Origin: Oceanispirochaeta sp.
GTDB lineage: Bacteria > Spirochaetota > Spirochaetia > DSM-2461
Assembly (NCBI GenBank): GCA_963666275.2
Contig: CAXXOA010000002.1
Coordinates: 1,664,001-1,728,000, forward strand
Direction of reading: 5' to 3'
Length of the DNA stretch: 64,000 nucleotides
Shown here: piece by piece, positions 18,235 to 28,920 of the stretch
Layout: each line of letters begins with the position of its first letter
Position numbering within the stretch: the stretch's first letter is position 1
Notes under the pieces: generated by a model
Seen by the model: only the letters and a program-made list of their open reading frames with translations
Databases searched by the model: none
Told to the model about the DNA's origin: nothing
Position numbers and translations under genes: made by a program

Positions 18235-19881
18235 GTGAAAAAAGTTGTGTTTCGTTCTCTGATTCTGGCACTTTTCGCTTCGGCACTGGTTTTAACCGGC
18301 TGCGGTAAGAAAGAGGAAGCCCCCAAAGAAGCCGCCCGGATGGAAAAAGCTCCGGCAGTTATGAACTGGAACCTGGCTGCGGATCCCAAAACCATCGATC
18401 CCGGTCTTAACGGAGCCAATGACGCCGGTCATATCATCGGCAATACTTTTGAAGGGCTTGTCCGCGAAAGAAGCGGTGAAGTTATTCCGGGTATCGCAGA
18501 AAGCTGGGATGTTTCTAACGATGGAAAAACCATTACTTTTCATCTGAGAGAGTCAAACTGGTCCGATGGTTCTCCTCTGACGGCTCATGACTTTGTATAC
18601 TCCTGGAAACGGGCTATTGATCCGGCAACAGCTTCAGAATACGGCTGGATCTGGCATTATACAAATGTGGTTAATGCGGAAGCCGCCAACAATGGCGATG
18701 TTTCCACTGATGAAGTAGGGATCCGCGCTGTGGATGATCTGACTTTTGAAGTTACCCTTTCCGCCCCTACCGATTATTTTGTTTCCCTCACATCATTCTA
18801 TCACTTCCGACCGGTAAAACAGTCTTCTGTAGAAGCCGGCCCCGAAGGCGCCTGGGCAAAAGATCCTGCTCTGGCTGTCAGCAACGGACCTTTCGTTCTG
18901 ACTTCCTATACCATCGGTGACGGTCTGACTCTGGAAAAAAATGCGAATTTCTGGAATGCCGACCAGGTGGGACTTGATATTATCAATGTGAAATTCATTG
19001 ATTCCGCCTCTACAGGTTACAATGCCTATAAAGCAGGGGAATTCGACTTCCTGGATCAGAATTCCATTCCTCCCGCTGAAATTCCCGCTCTTATTGCGGA
19101 AAATCCCGAGTTCTATATCTATCCTCTTCTGGGAACCTACTACTACAATTTCAATATGAACCTGGATCTGTGGAAGGATGTGAGAGTGAGAAAAGCCCTT
19201 TCCTATGGTATCGACAGAGAAAGGATCGTGGAAACCCTGGCCAGAGGAAACGTTCCTGCCGCCGGTTTTGTTCCTCCCGGATTCCCCGACCATGAAGGAA
19301 ACGACTTTTTTGAAACCGCAGGAACCTATGGTGTTTCCACCGATGACGGTTCTGTGGAAGAAGCTAAAAGACTCCTGGCTGAAGCCGGATATCCCGACGG
19401 TGAAGGGTTCCCCTCATTTGTCCTTCTCTATAACACTGCCGAAGGTCATCAGCTGGTAGCGGAAATGGTTCAGGAAATGTGGAAAACCAACCTGGGAATC
19501 GAATGTACCCTGGAAAACCAGGAGTGGGCTGTATTTCAGGATACCAGGAAACAGGGGGACTACGAAGTTTCCCGGGGCGGCTGGATCACAGACTTCCTGG
19601 ATCCCATGGGTCTCCTGGCAATCTTTGTCGAAGGAAACGACTACAACGATCCCAAATACAATAACCCTGCCTACAATGAAGCCATGGCTGTTGCCTCTTC
19701 AACCTATGGTCAGGATCACTATGAAGCCCTGTATAAAGCTCAGGACATTCTTATGAACGATATGCCTGTGATTCCCGTCTATCACTACACAGACTTTTTC
19801 CTCTCTTCCCCCAAAATCAAGGGATGGGACAGAAGTATGCTGGGACAGATGGATTTCAGTACCGCCTATATTCAGGAATAA
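18235..19881 (+). CDS. oppA: Oligopeptide ABC transporter substrate-binding lipoprotein
   Basis: Lipobox LTGC; DPKTIDP, FEGLV, WSDGSPLTAHDFVYSWKR, SNGPF, VRKALS, MPVIPVY. Confidence 0.93.
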   Translation: MKKVVFRSLILALFASALVLTGCGKKEEAPKEAARMEKAPAVMNWNLAADPKTIDPGLNGANDAGHIIGNTFEGLVRERSGEVIPGIAESWDVSNDGKTITFHLRESNWSDGSPLTAHDFVYSWKRAIDPATASEYGWIWHYTNVVNAEAANNGDVSTDEVGIRAVDDLTFEVTLSAPTDYFVSLTSFYHFRPVKQSSVEAGPEGAWAKDPALAVSNGPFVLTSYTIGDGLTLEKNANFWNADQVGLDIINVKFIDSASTGYNAYKAGEFDFLDQNSIPPAEIPALIAENPEFYIYPLLGTYYYNFNMNLDLWKDVRVRKALSYGIDRERIVETLARGNVPAAGFVPPGFPDHEGNDFFETAGTYGVSTDDGSVEEAKRLLAEAGYPDGEGFPSFVLLYNTAEGHQLVAEMVQEMWKTNLGIECTLENQEWAVFQDTRKQGDYEVSRGGWITDFLDPMGLLAIFVEGNDYNDPKYNNPAYNEAMAVASSTYGQDHYEALYKAQDILMNDMPVIPVYHYTDFFLSSPKIKGWDRSMLGQMDFSTAYIQE

Positions 19882-19902
19882 TCTTTATCTGCTTCAAAAA
19901 TC

Positions 19903-19931
19903 GGGCTGCTCCGGAAGGGGCGGCCCTATTT
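19903..19931 (+). terminator. Hairpin after oppA (terminator or mRNA-stabilising stem)
   Basis: GGGCTGCTCC-GGAA-GGGGCGGCCC then TATTT. Confidence 0.6.
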
Positions 19932-20084
19932 AAGAATACAAATCATTAAGAGCATGAAAGTCACTGATTCTTCCTCTCTTTCCGGTTAGCGATATTTTTT
20001 ACATCTTTGCTTTTCCCTGTTTACCTGTTGGATTGCCCTTTAAGCTGAAAAAGACTTTTCTGCCAGACAAATAGGAGTCTGTAT

Positions 20085-21014
20085 ATGAAACATTATATAG
20101 TCCGGCGCCTGATTTATTCTCTGCTGACAATTGTTCTCATAGCTACTGTCACATTCTTTATGATGCACTCCATCCCCGGAGGGCCCTTTACAAGAGAAAG
20201 ACCCGTGCCGCCGGAAATCATGCGCGTTCTCAACGAGAAATATCATCTGGATGATCCTCTGATCGTTCAGTATCTCGATTATATGAAGGGACTGGCCACC
20301 TTTGACCTGGGGCCTTCCTTTTCAAAGATCGGTACTTCAGTCAATGATCTCATTGTCTCAGGGTTTCCCCTGACAGCCCGTGTGGGGTTCCTGGCAGTTC
20401 TTCTGATTGTTGTTCTGGGCGTTCCCGTGGGGATCATTTCCGCATTGAAACAGAATCAGCCGATTGACTATTTTGTCATGTTTATGGCCACCCTCGGTGT
20501 GACCATCCCCAGTTTCGTCATTGCCACGCTGATTATCTTTGTCTTCTCGGGCAAACTGGGATGGATTCCTCCTTTCGGCCTGAAAACCCCGGCCAGTTAT
20601 ATCGGTCCCGTGGTGGCCCTTTCGGGGTACTCTCTCTCGTTTGTTGCCCGGCTGACCCGCTCCAGTATGCTGGAGGTTCTCCGTCAGGATTATATCAGAA
20701 CGGCAAGAGCCAACGGGCTGAGGAATTTCTCTGTCATCGGTAAACATGCCGTCAAGAATGCTCTCATTCCTGTAGTCACCTATATCGGTCCCACAGTGGC
20801 AACCCTAATGACAGGGTCCTTTGTTATTGAGAGAATCTTTGCCATCCCCGGAATCGGCCGGTATTTTGTGGAGAGCGTCTCCAACAGGGATTACACCACC
20901 ATTATGGGGGTTACCGTCCTTTATGCCGCGTTTTATGTGATCATGGTTTTTATAGTGGATATGGTCTATGCCCTGATCGATCCGAGAATACGCTTTGACA
21001 AGGAGACGGGATGA
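20085..21014 (+). CDS. oppB: Oligopeptide ABC permease
   Basis: PGGPF, DLGPS, RLTRSSMLEVL.QDYIRTARA.G EAA loop, GSFVIERIFAIPGIG. Confidence 0.95.
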   Translation: MKHYIVRRLIYSLLTIVLIATVTFFMMHSIPGGPFTRERPVPPEIMRVLNEKYHLDDPLIVQYLDYMKGLATFDLGPSFSKIGTSVNDLIVSGFPLTARVGFLAVLLIVVLGVPVGIISALKQNQPIDYFVMFMATLGVTIPSFVIATLIIFVFSGKLGWIPPFGLKTPASYIGPVVALSGYSLSFVARLTRSSMLEVLRQDYIRTARANGLRNFSVIGKHAVKNALIPVVTYIGPTVATLMTGSFVIERIFAIPGIGRYFVESVSNRDYTTIMGVTVLYAAFYVIMVFIVDMVYALIDPRIRFDKETG

Positions 21015-22204
21015 CCATGGATTCCAGCGAATTTGTCTTTATTGACAGAAATAAGACAGAAATAGAAGAAAAAATGCGTCCCAGCCTGACCTACTGGCAG
21101 GATGCCTGGAGACGTCTGAAAAACCACAAGCTTGCCATGGCCGGGCTGGTGGGTGTCACTCTCATTTTTCTGTTTGCCATTTTCGGCCCCTTTTTCATGT
21201 CTCGAACCTATTCGGACCAGAATCTGGATTTCACAAATATTCCCCCCCGGTTTGATATCTATCAGCTGGAAGAGGATTATTTTATCTATCTGACAAAAGA
21301 CTACAAGCTTCTCAGAATTTCAGAAGAGGGAGAGATCCTCTCCCGGCTGGAAAGGACCAAAACCGATCCCGTTAAGAAGCTTTATACCTATGAAGATGGG
21401 GATCTCAAGGTAGTTCTGGACTTTTCCTACAACCTTCTTCCCGACAAAATGAACAGCCCCTTTGATTACTCTTTCCTTTACAGGGGTAATGAGATCACCG
21501 GATCCTATAAAAGGGTTTTTAACAGAACCTATATTTTCGGCAGCGACAATCTGGGACGGGACCTTCTTGTCCGGATTATGTACGGAGCCCGTATCTCTCT
21601 GACCATCGCCCTGGTGGCAACCCTTGTGAACCTGTTTATCGGAGTCTTCTTCGGAAGTGTCGCCGGATACGAAGGCGGCCGGACCGATATGGCCATGATG
21701 AGGTTTGTGGATATTCTGAACTCGATTCCTCTGGTTCTTTATGTTATCCTCATTATGGTCCTGGTAGGCAACAGGGGATTATGGACCATGACAATCGCTC
21801 TGGGAAGCGTTTACTGGGTGCAGATGGCCCGTCTTGTGCGGGGGCAGATGCTGAGTCTCAAAAATCAGGAGTTTGTCCTGGCAGCCAGGGCTCTGGGCGT
21901 CTCAAGGAATAAGATAATCTCCCGCCATCTGGTTCCCAACGCCATGGGCCCCATCATTGTTTCCATGACCATGCTGATTCCCCAGGCTATCTTTACCGAA
22001 GCTTTTATCGGGTTCATCGGACTGGGAGTTTCCGCCCCCATGGCCTCCTGGGGTACCCTTGCCAATGATGCTCTGGCGGGACTGCTCTCCTATCCCTATC
22101 AGCTGTTTTTCCCCTCCATGGCTATCGCGCTAACCATGCTCTCCTTCAATTTCCTGGGAGACGGACTGCGGGATGCTCTTGATCCCAGACTGAGAAAAGG
22201 ATAA
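21011..22204 (+). CDS. oppC: Oligopeptide ABC permease
   Basis: YWQDAWRRL, FGSDNLGRDL, EFVLAARALG, FNFLGDGLRDALDPR. Confidence 0.95.
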   Translation: MTMDSSEFVFIDRNKTEIEEKMRPSLTYWQDAWRRLKNHKLAMAGLVGVTLIFLFAIFGPFFMSRTYSDQNLDFTNIPPRFDIYQLEEDYFIYLTKDYKLLRISEEGEILSRLERTKTDPVKKLYTYEDGDLKVVLDFSYNLLPDKMNSPFDYSFLYRGNEITGSYKRVFNRTYIFGSDNLGRDLLVRIMYGARISLTIALVATLVNLFIGVFFGSVAGYEGGRTDMAMMRFVDILNSIPLVLYVILIMVLVGNRGLWTMTIALGSVYWVQMARLVRGQMLSLKNQEFVLAARALGVSRNKIISRHLVPNAMGPIIVSMTMLIPQAIFTEAFIGFIGLGVSAPMASWGTLANDALAGLLSYPYQLFFPSMAIALTMLSFNFLGDGLRDALDPRLRKG

Positions 22205-22208
22205 TCCA

Positions 22209-23234
22209 ATGAGTGAAAATATACTGTTAGAACTGAAGGATGTGAAAACCTCTTTCTATACCCATCACGGAGAGGTCCAGGCGGTCAGGGGTTCTTCGTT
22301 TAAACTGAAAAAAGGGGATGTCCTGGGCATCGTGGGCGAGTCCGGCTCGGGGAAAAGCGTCACATCCCTTTCCATTATGGGACTGATTGATGAACCGGGT
22401 AAGATCAAATCCGGAGAGATCCTCTTTGACGGCAGAGATCTGACAAAATTGAGTCAGAAACAGCTGTCTGATATCCGGGGAAATGAGATTGCCATGATTT
22501 TCCAGGATCCCATGACCTCTCTGAACCCTGTTTATACAATCCGGAATCAGATGATTGAAGTCATAAGACGTCACCGGAAAATCAGCGTTAAAGAGGCTCA
22601 CAAAAAGGCTGTGGAGATGCTCCATCTTGTGGGCATCCCCGAACCGGAAAAACGGATAAACAGCTATCCTCATGAGTTTTCCGGAGGTATGCGGCAGAGG
22701 GTTATGATTGCTACAGCTCTTTCCTGCAATCCCCGTCTTCTGATTGCGGATGAGCCCACAACAGCGCTGGACGTGACCATACAGGCTCAGATTCTGGAAC
22801 TGATGAATGAGCTGAAAGAGAAAATTCAGGCTTCTATCATCCTCATTACCCATGATCTGGGTGTGATTGCCGAGGTTTGTGATCATATCGTTGTGATGTA
22901 CGGCGGTACCATCATGGAGAAAGGGACGGAAAAGGACATCTTCTACAATCCCCAGAATCCCTATACCGTGGGACTTCATAAATCAGTGCCCAAGATAAAT
23001 GAAGAAGGGGCGGATGAAAGGCTTGTTCCCATTGAAGGATCTCCCCCTGATCTGCTGCATCCTCCCGAAGGATGTGCTTTTTCTCCCCGCTGTCCTCATG
23101 CCATGGACATCTGTCTGAAAAAGCAGCCCCCCACCTTTACACTCAGTGAGACTCACAGCTCTGCGTGCTGGCTCCTCCATAAGGACGCGCCCCGGGTGGA
23201 AAACTATGAAAAGGCAGGTGATCACGGTGAATAA
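22209..23234 (+). CDS. oppD: Oligopeptide ABC ATP-binding protein
   Basis: [41 protein letters not shown]-terminal Cys cluster. Confidence 0.95.
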   Translation: MSENILLELKDVKTSFYTHHGEVQAVRGSSFKLKKGDVLGIVGESGSGKSVTSLSIMGLIDEPGKIKSGEILFDGRDLTKLSQKQLSDIRGNEIAMIFQDPMTSLNPVYTIRNQMIEVIRRHRKISVKEAHKKAVEMLHLVGIPEPEKRINSYPHEFSGGMRQRVMIATALSCNPRLLIADEPTTALDVTIQAQILELMNELKEKIQASIILITHDLGVIAEVCDHIVVMYGGTIMEKGTEKDIFYNPQNPYTVGLHKSVPKINEEGADERLVPIEGSPPDLLHPPEGCAFSPRCPHAMDICLKKQPPTFTLSETHSSACWLLHKDAPRVENYEKAGDHGE

Positions 23235-24216
23235 TGCAGCGCCACTACTGGAAGTTAGAAATCTGAAAAAGTATTTTACCCTGAACAGCGGTATTCTGAA
23301 TCCCAAAAAACAGTATCTCAAAGCTGTCGACGATATCTCCTTTCAGATTCGAAAAGGAGAAACCTTCGGGCTGGTAGGGGAGTCGGGGTGCGGTAAATCC
23401 ACAACCGGACGGACAATTCTCAAACTCTATGAGCCCACGGGAGGGCAGGTCTTTTTTGACGGTGTCGATCTGGCGACAGTTCCCGAGAAACAGATGAAAC
23501 CCTACAGAAAAAAAATTCAGATGATTTTTCAGGATCCCTATGCCTCCCTGAACAGCCGTATGACCGTAACGGATATCATCGGCGAGGGAATTTCCACCCA
23601 TCATTTAGCCGAAGGGGCGGAACGTCAGGAGAGGATCTATCATCTACTCCATCAGGTAGGGTTGAAGAAAGAACATGCCAACCGCTATCCCCATGAGTTT
23701 TCCGGAGGCCAGAGACAGCGGATCGGAATTGCCCGTTCCCTGGCAGTAGAACCGGATCTTGTTGTGTGTGACGAACCGATTTCGGCTCTGGATGTCTCCA
23801 TTCAGGCTCAGGTTGTCAATATGATGCAGGATCTGCAGGATAAGATGGGGCTGACCTATCTGTTCATCGCCCATGACCTTTCCATGGTCAAATATATCTC
23901 CGACAGGATCGGAGTTATGTATCTGGGGCAGCTTATGGAAGTGACCACCAGCGATGAACTCTACAAAAACCCTCTCCATCCCTATACAAAAGCCCTTCTT
24001 TCGGCTATCCCCATTCCGGATCCGGATGTGACAAGGCGAAACAAACGGGTGGTTCTGCAGGGTAGTGTTACAAGCCCCATAGATCCTCCCGAAGGCTGCC
24101 GGTTTGCTACCAGATGCCCTCTGGCACAGGATATCTGCCGGCAGAAGACTCCTGTTCTGGAGGAAGTTGCTCCGGATCATCATGTAGCCTGCCATGTGGT
24201 TCAGGGAAAAACCTGA
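23227..24216 (+). CDS. oppF: Oligopeptide ABC ATP-binding protein
   Basis: GESGCGKST, FQDPYASLN, FSGGQRQRIGIAR, HPYTKALLSA; GTG start overlapping the oppD end. Confidence 0.93.
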   Translation: MNNAAPLLEVRNLKKYFTLNSGILNPKKQYLKAVDDISFQIRKGETFGLVGESGCGKSTTGRTILKLYEPTGGQVFFDGVDLATVPEKQMKPYRKKIQMIFQDPYASLNSRMTVTDIIGEGISTHHLAEGAERQERIYHLLHQVGLKKEHANRYPHEFSGGQRQRIGIARSLAVEPDLVVCDEPISALDVSIQAQVVNMMQDLQDKMGLTYLFIAHDLSMVKYISDRIGVMYLGQLMEVTTSDELYKNPLHPYTKALLSAIPIPDPDVTRRNKRVVLQGSVTSPIDPPEGCRFATRCPLAQDICRQKTPVLEEVAPDHHVACHVVQGKT

Positions 24217-24361
24217 GGAGAAACACAGGTTGCCGTTCCTCTCATTTCTCCCTTGTCTCCGGGGGAGGAGTGAGAAGGGAGCGGAAGATATAAAAAATCC
24301 GCTGTTCCCTGTCAATTGAAAAAGTCGGGGATCAGGGATATCCTGTTCATCAGGATATCAT

Positions 24362-25084
24362 ATGAACCGATCTGAAAATGCATTCCATATAGTCTCTGTG
24401 GAGGATGATCCCTCTGTTGCAAAAGGGATTATTCTCTCTCTCGAAGCTGCCGGGTACAGGGTCTCTCACTATCTCAATGGAGAGGCATTTCTTGCCTGTC
24501 TTGATGAGGTCGACCCCTCCCTGCTCATTCTTGATATCCGGCTTCCCGGAAAAGATGGTTTTACCCTCTGCCGGGAAATCAGAAGCCGGGGCTATCATTT
24601 TCCCGTCCTGATGCTGACTGCCAGGGATGATGAAGAGGACAAGATCCTGGGACTGGATGACGGTGCTGATGACTATATGATCAAACCCTTCAGCCTGAAG
24701 GAACTGCACTCCCGGGTAAAAGCCCTTCTGCGGCGTTCCTACGGGGCCTTCTCCGAGGGACATCCGGGAGAGCGGGAGTACCGGTTCGGTCCCTACGTGC
24801 TGAATCCGGGAAGGATGACTCTTATCAAGGAGGAGGAGCAGGTGGATCTGACTCCTATGGAGTTCAAACTCCTGCTCTTTTTTCTCAGAAACAGCGGAAC
24901 TGTGTTTAACAGAACAGACATCATACACAGGGTCTGGTCTGCTGACAGTGAATATTTCGGCGATGAGAGGACTGTGGACGTTCATATCAGGCATCTGAGA
25001 AAAAAAATTGAACAGGATGCCTCCCGTCCGGAATATCTGAAGACTCTGAGAGGGGAGGGGTACTTTTTTACCCTATCCCCCTGA
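24362..25084 (+). CDS. OmpR/PhoB family response regulator (no adjacent kinase)
   Basis: VEDD, LDIRLP, MLTA, GADDYMIKPF, ERTVDVHIRHLRKKIE. Confidence 0.93.
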   Translation: MNRSENAFHIVSVEDDPSVAKGIILSLEAAGYRVSHYLNGEAFLACLDEVDPSLLILDIRLPGKDGFTLCREIRSRGYHFPVLMLTARDDEEDKILGLDDGADDYMIKPFSLKELHSRVKALLRRSYGAFSEGHPGEREYRFGPYVLNPGRMTLIKEEEQVDLTPMEFKLLLFFLRNSGTVFNRTDIIHRVWSADSEYFGDERTVDVHIRHLRKKIEQDASRPEYLKTLRGEGYFFTLSP

Positions 25085-25118
25085 GTTTCTTCGTGAGATG
25101 GCACTTTTCAGAAAAAGG

Positions 25119-25146
25119 TTGACATATTATTAGTAATCATTATTAT
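25119..25146 (+). promoter_or_regulatory. perR promoter overlapped by 7-1-7 Fur/Per-type box
   Basis: TTGACA-16-TATTAT; TAGTAAT-C-ATTATTA inverted repeat at 25131-25145. Confidence 0.6.
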
Positions 25147-25154
25147 TATTAGTT

Positions 25155-25550
25155 ATGGAAGAATTCAGATTAACCTCTCAGAGGAAATTGATACTCGATG
25201 AGCTGATGAAAACCAGATCTCATCCCCCTGCCGATTTTATCTATGAAAAAGTCAGAAAGAAACTTCCGAATATCAGCCTTGGGACCGTATACCGAAATCT
25301 GGAACTTATGGCCAAAAACGGTATGATTGTCAAAATTGAAACACCTGACGGGCAGAAAAGGTTTGATTACAATACAGCACCGCACCCGCATTTCCGCTGT
25401 GAAAAATGCGGTAAAATTGAAGATATCCCCCTGGATTTAAGCCCTCCGGAACCGGATCCCTCGGACCCCTGGGTTAAAAGCCGTACGATTCAGAGTGCAA
25501 CCCTTCACTATCAGGGAATCTGCTCTGACTGCAGGAATCAGCATCAATAA
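25155..25550 (+). CDS. perR: Fur family repressor, PerR-like
   Basis: RLTSQR, HP.AD, SLGTVYRNL, HPHFRCEKCG, CSDC; directly upstream of rubrerythrin and SOR genes. Confidence 0.8.
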   Translation: MEEFRLTSQRKLILDELMKTRSHPPADFIYEKVRKKLPNISLGTVYRNLELMAKNGMIVKIETPDGQKRFDYNTAPHPHFRCEKCGKIEDIPLDLSPPEPDPSDPWVKSRTIQSATLHYQGICSDCRNQHQ

Positions 25551-25698
25551 TATAGGCTTGATTTTTTATTCATAAGGTTTAGTATTAAGTAGTTGGGCAG
25601 ATGAAGAATCTGCTGTATCCAATTTATATTTCTATGTCATTTTTTTGTAAATCAGCAGGCTCAGGTCTGCAGAAAAAACTGTTGTAAGGAGAGATACT

Positions 25699-26274
25699 AT
25701 GGCTTCATTAAAAGGAACAAAAACTGAAAAGAACATTCTGACAGCTTTTTCCGGTGAATCACAGGCAAGAAACAGATACACCTATTTCACCAGTAAAGCG
25801 AAAAAAGAAGGTTATGTTCAGATTGCGGACATCTTTGAAGAGACAGCTAATCAGGAACGGGAACATGCCAAAAGGCTGTTTAAACTCCTCGAAGGCGGAG
25901 AAGTGGAAATTACAGGAAGTTTTCCCGCCGGTGTGATTGGAACCACCTCTGAAAACCTGGCCGAAGCGGCTGCGGGTGAGCACTATGAATGGACTACCAT
26001 GTATCCCGAATTTGCCGCCACTGCCAGGGAAGAAGGTTTTGATAATATTGCCAATATTTTCGAAGCCATTGCTGTAGCGGAAAAACAGCACGAAAAAAGA
26101 TACATTGAGCTGAAAAAGAATGTTGATGAAGGAACTGTTTTCAAAAAAGATCACGGTGTTGTCTGGAGATGCCGAAACTGCGGATACCTTCATGAAGGAA
26201 CAGAAGCTCCGGCTGTATGTCCCGCCTGTGCTCATCCCAAAGCACACTTTGAACTTTTAGGCGAAAACTGGTAA
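25699..26274 (+). CDS. rbr: Rubrerythrin
   Basis: GESQARNRY, EREHAKR, GEHYE, EKQHEKR di-iron motifs; CRNCG...CPACAHP. Confidence 0.96.
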   Translation: MASLKGTKTEKNILTAFSGESQARNRYTYFTSKAKKEGYVQIADIFEETANQEREHAKRLFKLLEGGEVEITGSFPAGVIGTTSENLAEAAAGEHYEWTTMYPEFAATAREEGFDNIANIFEAIAVAEKQHEKRYIELKKNVDEGTVFKKDHGVVWRCRNCGYLHEGTEAPAVCPACAHPKAHFELLGENW

Positions 26275-26397
26275 TCCATCAGATTCAATTTTTGAAATGG
26301 AATGATAGAAGCGCTGGTCTGACAGATCAGCCGTGATTGTTTTTTTTTTATTTCCGGCACCTGAATGGACCGGAAATATACACAATAGGAGATAAAA

Positions 26398-26778
26398 ATG
26401 GGCGTTAAAGCTGTAAATGAAGTATATAAATGTGAACTCTGTGGTAATATCGTTGAAGTTGTTAATGTAGGCGGAGGAGATCTTGTCTGCTGTGGTAAGG
26501 AAATGACTCTGCTTGAAGAGAAAACGGCTGATTCCTCTACAGAAAAACATGTTCCCCTGATTGAGAAAATCGACGGCGGATACAAAGTAACAGTAGGAAG
26601 CACTCTGCACCCCATGACCGATGAACACTGGATTCAGTGGATTGAACTGCTGGCAGACGGTAAGGTATACAAAAAATATCTCAACCCCGGTGATCAGCCT
26701 GTGGCAGAATTCTGCGTAGACGCTTCTAAAGTTTCTGCCAGAGAATACTGCAATGTTCACGGACTCTGGAAAGCCTGA
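26398..26778 (+). CDS. dfx: Desulfoferrodoxin (2Fe superoxide reductase)
   Basis: CELCGN...CCG centre [22 protein letters not shown] centre II. Confidence 0.96.
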   Translation: MGVKAVNEVYKCELCGNIVEVVNVGGGDLVCCGKEMTLLEEKTADSSTEKHVPLIEKIDGGYKVTVGSTLHPMTDEHWIQWIELLADGKVYKKYLNPGDQPVAEFCVDASKVSAREYCNVHGLWKA

Positions 26779-26883
26779 GAGAGCCTTCCAGGGTATTTTT
26801 AGAAATAATTCTCCTTGCAATAATGGAGTAATTATATAATAATTTTCTTTAACACCGTATGAACGGTTTGGAGGTATGAACTT

Positions 26884-27042
26884 ATGAAATATGTATGCGA
26901 TGTATGCGGCTATATTTATGATCCGGCAGAAGGCGATCCCGATAACGGAGTACAGGCTGGAACAGAATTCAATGATATTCCTGAAGATTGGGTTTGCCCT
27001 CTCTGCGGCGCTGAGAAATCTGATTTCTCTCCCCAGGACTAA
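26884..27042 (+). CDS. rub: Rubredoxin (52 aa, absent from the ORF track)
   Basis: Manual translation [59 protein letters not shown] at 26870. Confidence 0.96.
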   Translation: MKYVCDVCGYIYDPAEGDPDNGVQAGTEFNDIPEDWVCPLCGAEKSDFSPQD

Positions 27043-27071
27043 GACGTTTACGTATTGAATTATTAAATAAT

Positions 27072-27097
27072 AGGCTGCCCTGCGGGGCAGCCTTTTT
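27072..27097 (+). terminator. Rho-independent terminator after rubredoxin
   Basis: AGGCTGCCC-TGCG-GGGCAGCCT-TTTT. Confidence 0.85.
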
Positions 27098-27121
27098 ATT
27101 TATCACAGATTTCCCGGAGGT

Positions 27122-27841
27122 GTGTTTATGACTTTCTATTCCCTTCTTTCTCACTATTATGAAGAAATTTTCCCCTGCGATCCCGATCTGGTGGAGTTTA
27201 TTCTTTCCCGGACTGAAAAGGGCGATGCAATCCTGGATGCAGGCTGCGGAACGGGTGAGCTTGTCAGGAAACTGAATGAAAAAGGAGTGGATGCCCGGGG
27301 ATTTGACCTGGATCCCGGAATGGTAGCGCTGGCGGAAGAAAAGTCAGGCGGGAAAGGTCTGTTCAAAGAGGAAGATCTTCTCACATTCAGTAAAGCCTAT
27401 GGTCCTTCCTCCTTTTCTATACTCAACTGCGTCGGCAATACTGTGGCCCATATAGACAGGGAGGAGGTGACCAGATTTCTGGAGCAGGCCGGGACTGTTC
27501 TCCGTCCCCGGGGGATTCTGATCCTGCAGACTCTGAATTATGAAAGACTCACATCGGATGGCATTGATTTCCCTGACAGGAAAACAGAACATTGCCTTTT
27601 TCAGCGCTCCTACAGAAAGGGTGAGGAATCAGGTCTCTACTATTTCGAAACCCGCCTGACTGATCTCGACTCGGGAGAGCATTTTCCCAGCAGGGTCAGT
27701 CACTATCCCCTGAAGCCCGATGAGCTGGGAGAGCTGATCGAACAGAGCGGATACAGAAATATCAGATTCATGGGTGACTGGAAGGGGGAGCTGCCCTCTC
27801 CTGGGAAACTCCCTCTTATGGTGATGGCGGAAAGCTTATAG
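27122..27841 (+). CDS. Class I SAM-dependent methyltransferase
   Basis: ILDAGCGTG motif I, GFDLD, LRPRGILIL; start may be ATG 27128. Confidence 0.85.
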   Translation: MFMTFYSLLSHYYEEIFPCDPDLVEFILSRTEKGDAILDAGCGTGELVRKLNEKGVDARGFDLDPGMVALAEEKSGGKGLFKEEDLLTFSKAYGPSSFSILNCVGNTVAHIDREEVTRFLEQAGTVLRPRGILILQTLNYERLTSDGIDFPDRKTEHCLFQRSYRKGEESGLYYFETRLTDLDSGEHFPSRVSHYPLKPDELGELIEQSGYRNIRFMGDWKGELPSPGKLPLMVMAESL

Positions 27842-28903
27842 GGGAGAGAGGCTCCGCATGGTTTCCAGCCGCATCAGATGGTCTACAAGGACCAGAGCGG
27901 CCATGGATTCCATCACAGGGATGATCCGGGGACAGATAATCGGATCATGCCGTCCCTCTGTGCGGATTTCCGTTTCTTTCCCTTCCAGGTTTACCGTATG
28001 CTGCGCAGTTGAAATGGACGCTGTGGGTTTCACAGCCGCACGGAAAATGATCTCCTGACCTGTTGAAATCCCGCCGGTAATGCCTCCGGCATGGTTGGTG
28101 ACAAAGCCGTTTCTGTCCATGTCGTCGTTGTGGTCGGAGCCGAACATTTCAGCACAGGCAAACCCTTCACCGATTTCAAATCCCTTGACCGCGCCGATGG
28201 AAAGGATCGCCTTTCCCAGATCGGCTTCCAGTTTGTCAAAGACAGGCTCACCCAGCCCGGCGGGAACACCGTTTATCCTGCACTCTATGATTCCACCGGC
28301 GCTGTTTCCCTCTTCGATCAGCTTCTCCACAATCTTCTGTATTTTAACAGCCGCATCTGGATCGCAGGCTCTCATGGGGTTGGACTCTATCTGCTCGGGC
28401 ACATACTTTTCGCAGACAACGCCTGCCGCTGCTTTGGTGTAGGCCTGAATGGTTATCCCTCTGGTACTGAGTATCTTTTTGGCAAGAGCACCCGCAGCAA
28501 CACGTCCTGCTGTTTCCCTGCCCGAAGCCCTGCCGCTTCCGCGCCAGTCCCGTATCCCGTACTTCTGCTGATAGGTATAATCCGCATGACCTGGCCTGTA
28601 TTTGTCAAGAACATCATTGTAGTCGCTGGAAATTGTATTTGTATTCTGAAGCATCATCATAATAGGAGTTCCCGTGGTTTTCCCTTCGAATACACCGGAG
28701 GTTATGGTGACGATATCGCTCTCTTTCCGGGGGGTGGTCATATCGGACTGACCGGGTTTCCTTCTGTCCATTTCAGGCTGAATATCCTTTTCGGAAAGAG
28801 GTATTCCCGGAGGAACGCCGTCTACAATGACTCCCACTCCTTTTCCGTGAGACTCACCGAAGGTTGTGATTCTGAAAACTGTTCCAAAGGTATTTCCTGC
28901 CAT
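27836..28903 (-). CDS. aroC: Chorismate synthase
   Basis: TTFGESHG, RPGHAD, RASGRETAGRVAAG, NHAGGITGGIS, GRHDP. Confidence 0.97.
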   Translation of the reverse strand: MAGNTFGTVFRITTFGESHGKGVGVIVDGVPPGIPLSEKDIQPEMDRRKPGQSDMTTPRKESDIVTITSGVFEGKTTGTPIMMMLQNTNTISSDYNDVLDKYRPGHADYTYQQKYGIRDWRGSGRASGRETAGRVAAGALAKKILSTRGITIQAYTKAAAGVVCEKYVPEQIESNPMRACDPDAAVKIQKIVEKLIEEGNSAGGIIECRINGVPAGLGEPVFDKLEADLGKAILSIGAVKGFEIGEGFACAEMFGSDHNDDMDRNGFVTNHAGGITGGISTGQEIIFRAAVKPTASISTAQHTVNLEGKETEIRTEGRHDPIICPRIIPVMESMAALVLVDHLMRLETMRSLSPL

Positions 28904-28920
28904 GATATTCTCCCTTTACT

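Noticed and set aside
26876..26887. Three-codon ORF (ATG AAC TTA TGA) overlapping the rubredoxin start
   Set aside because: Only 1 nt from the SD, too close to initiate; the SD spacing fits ATG 26884
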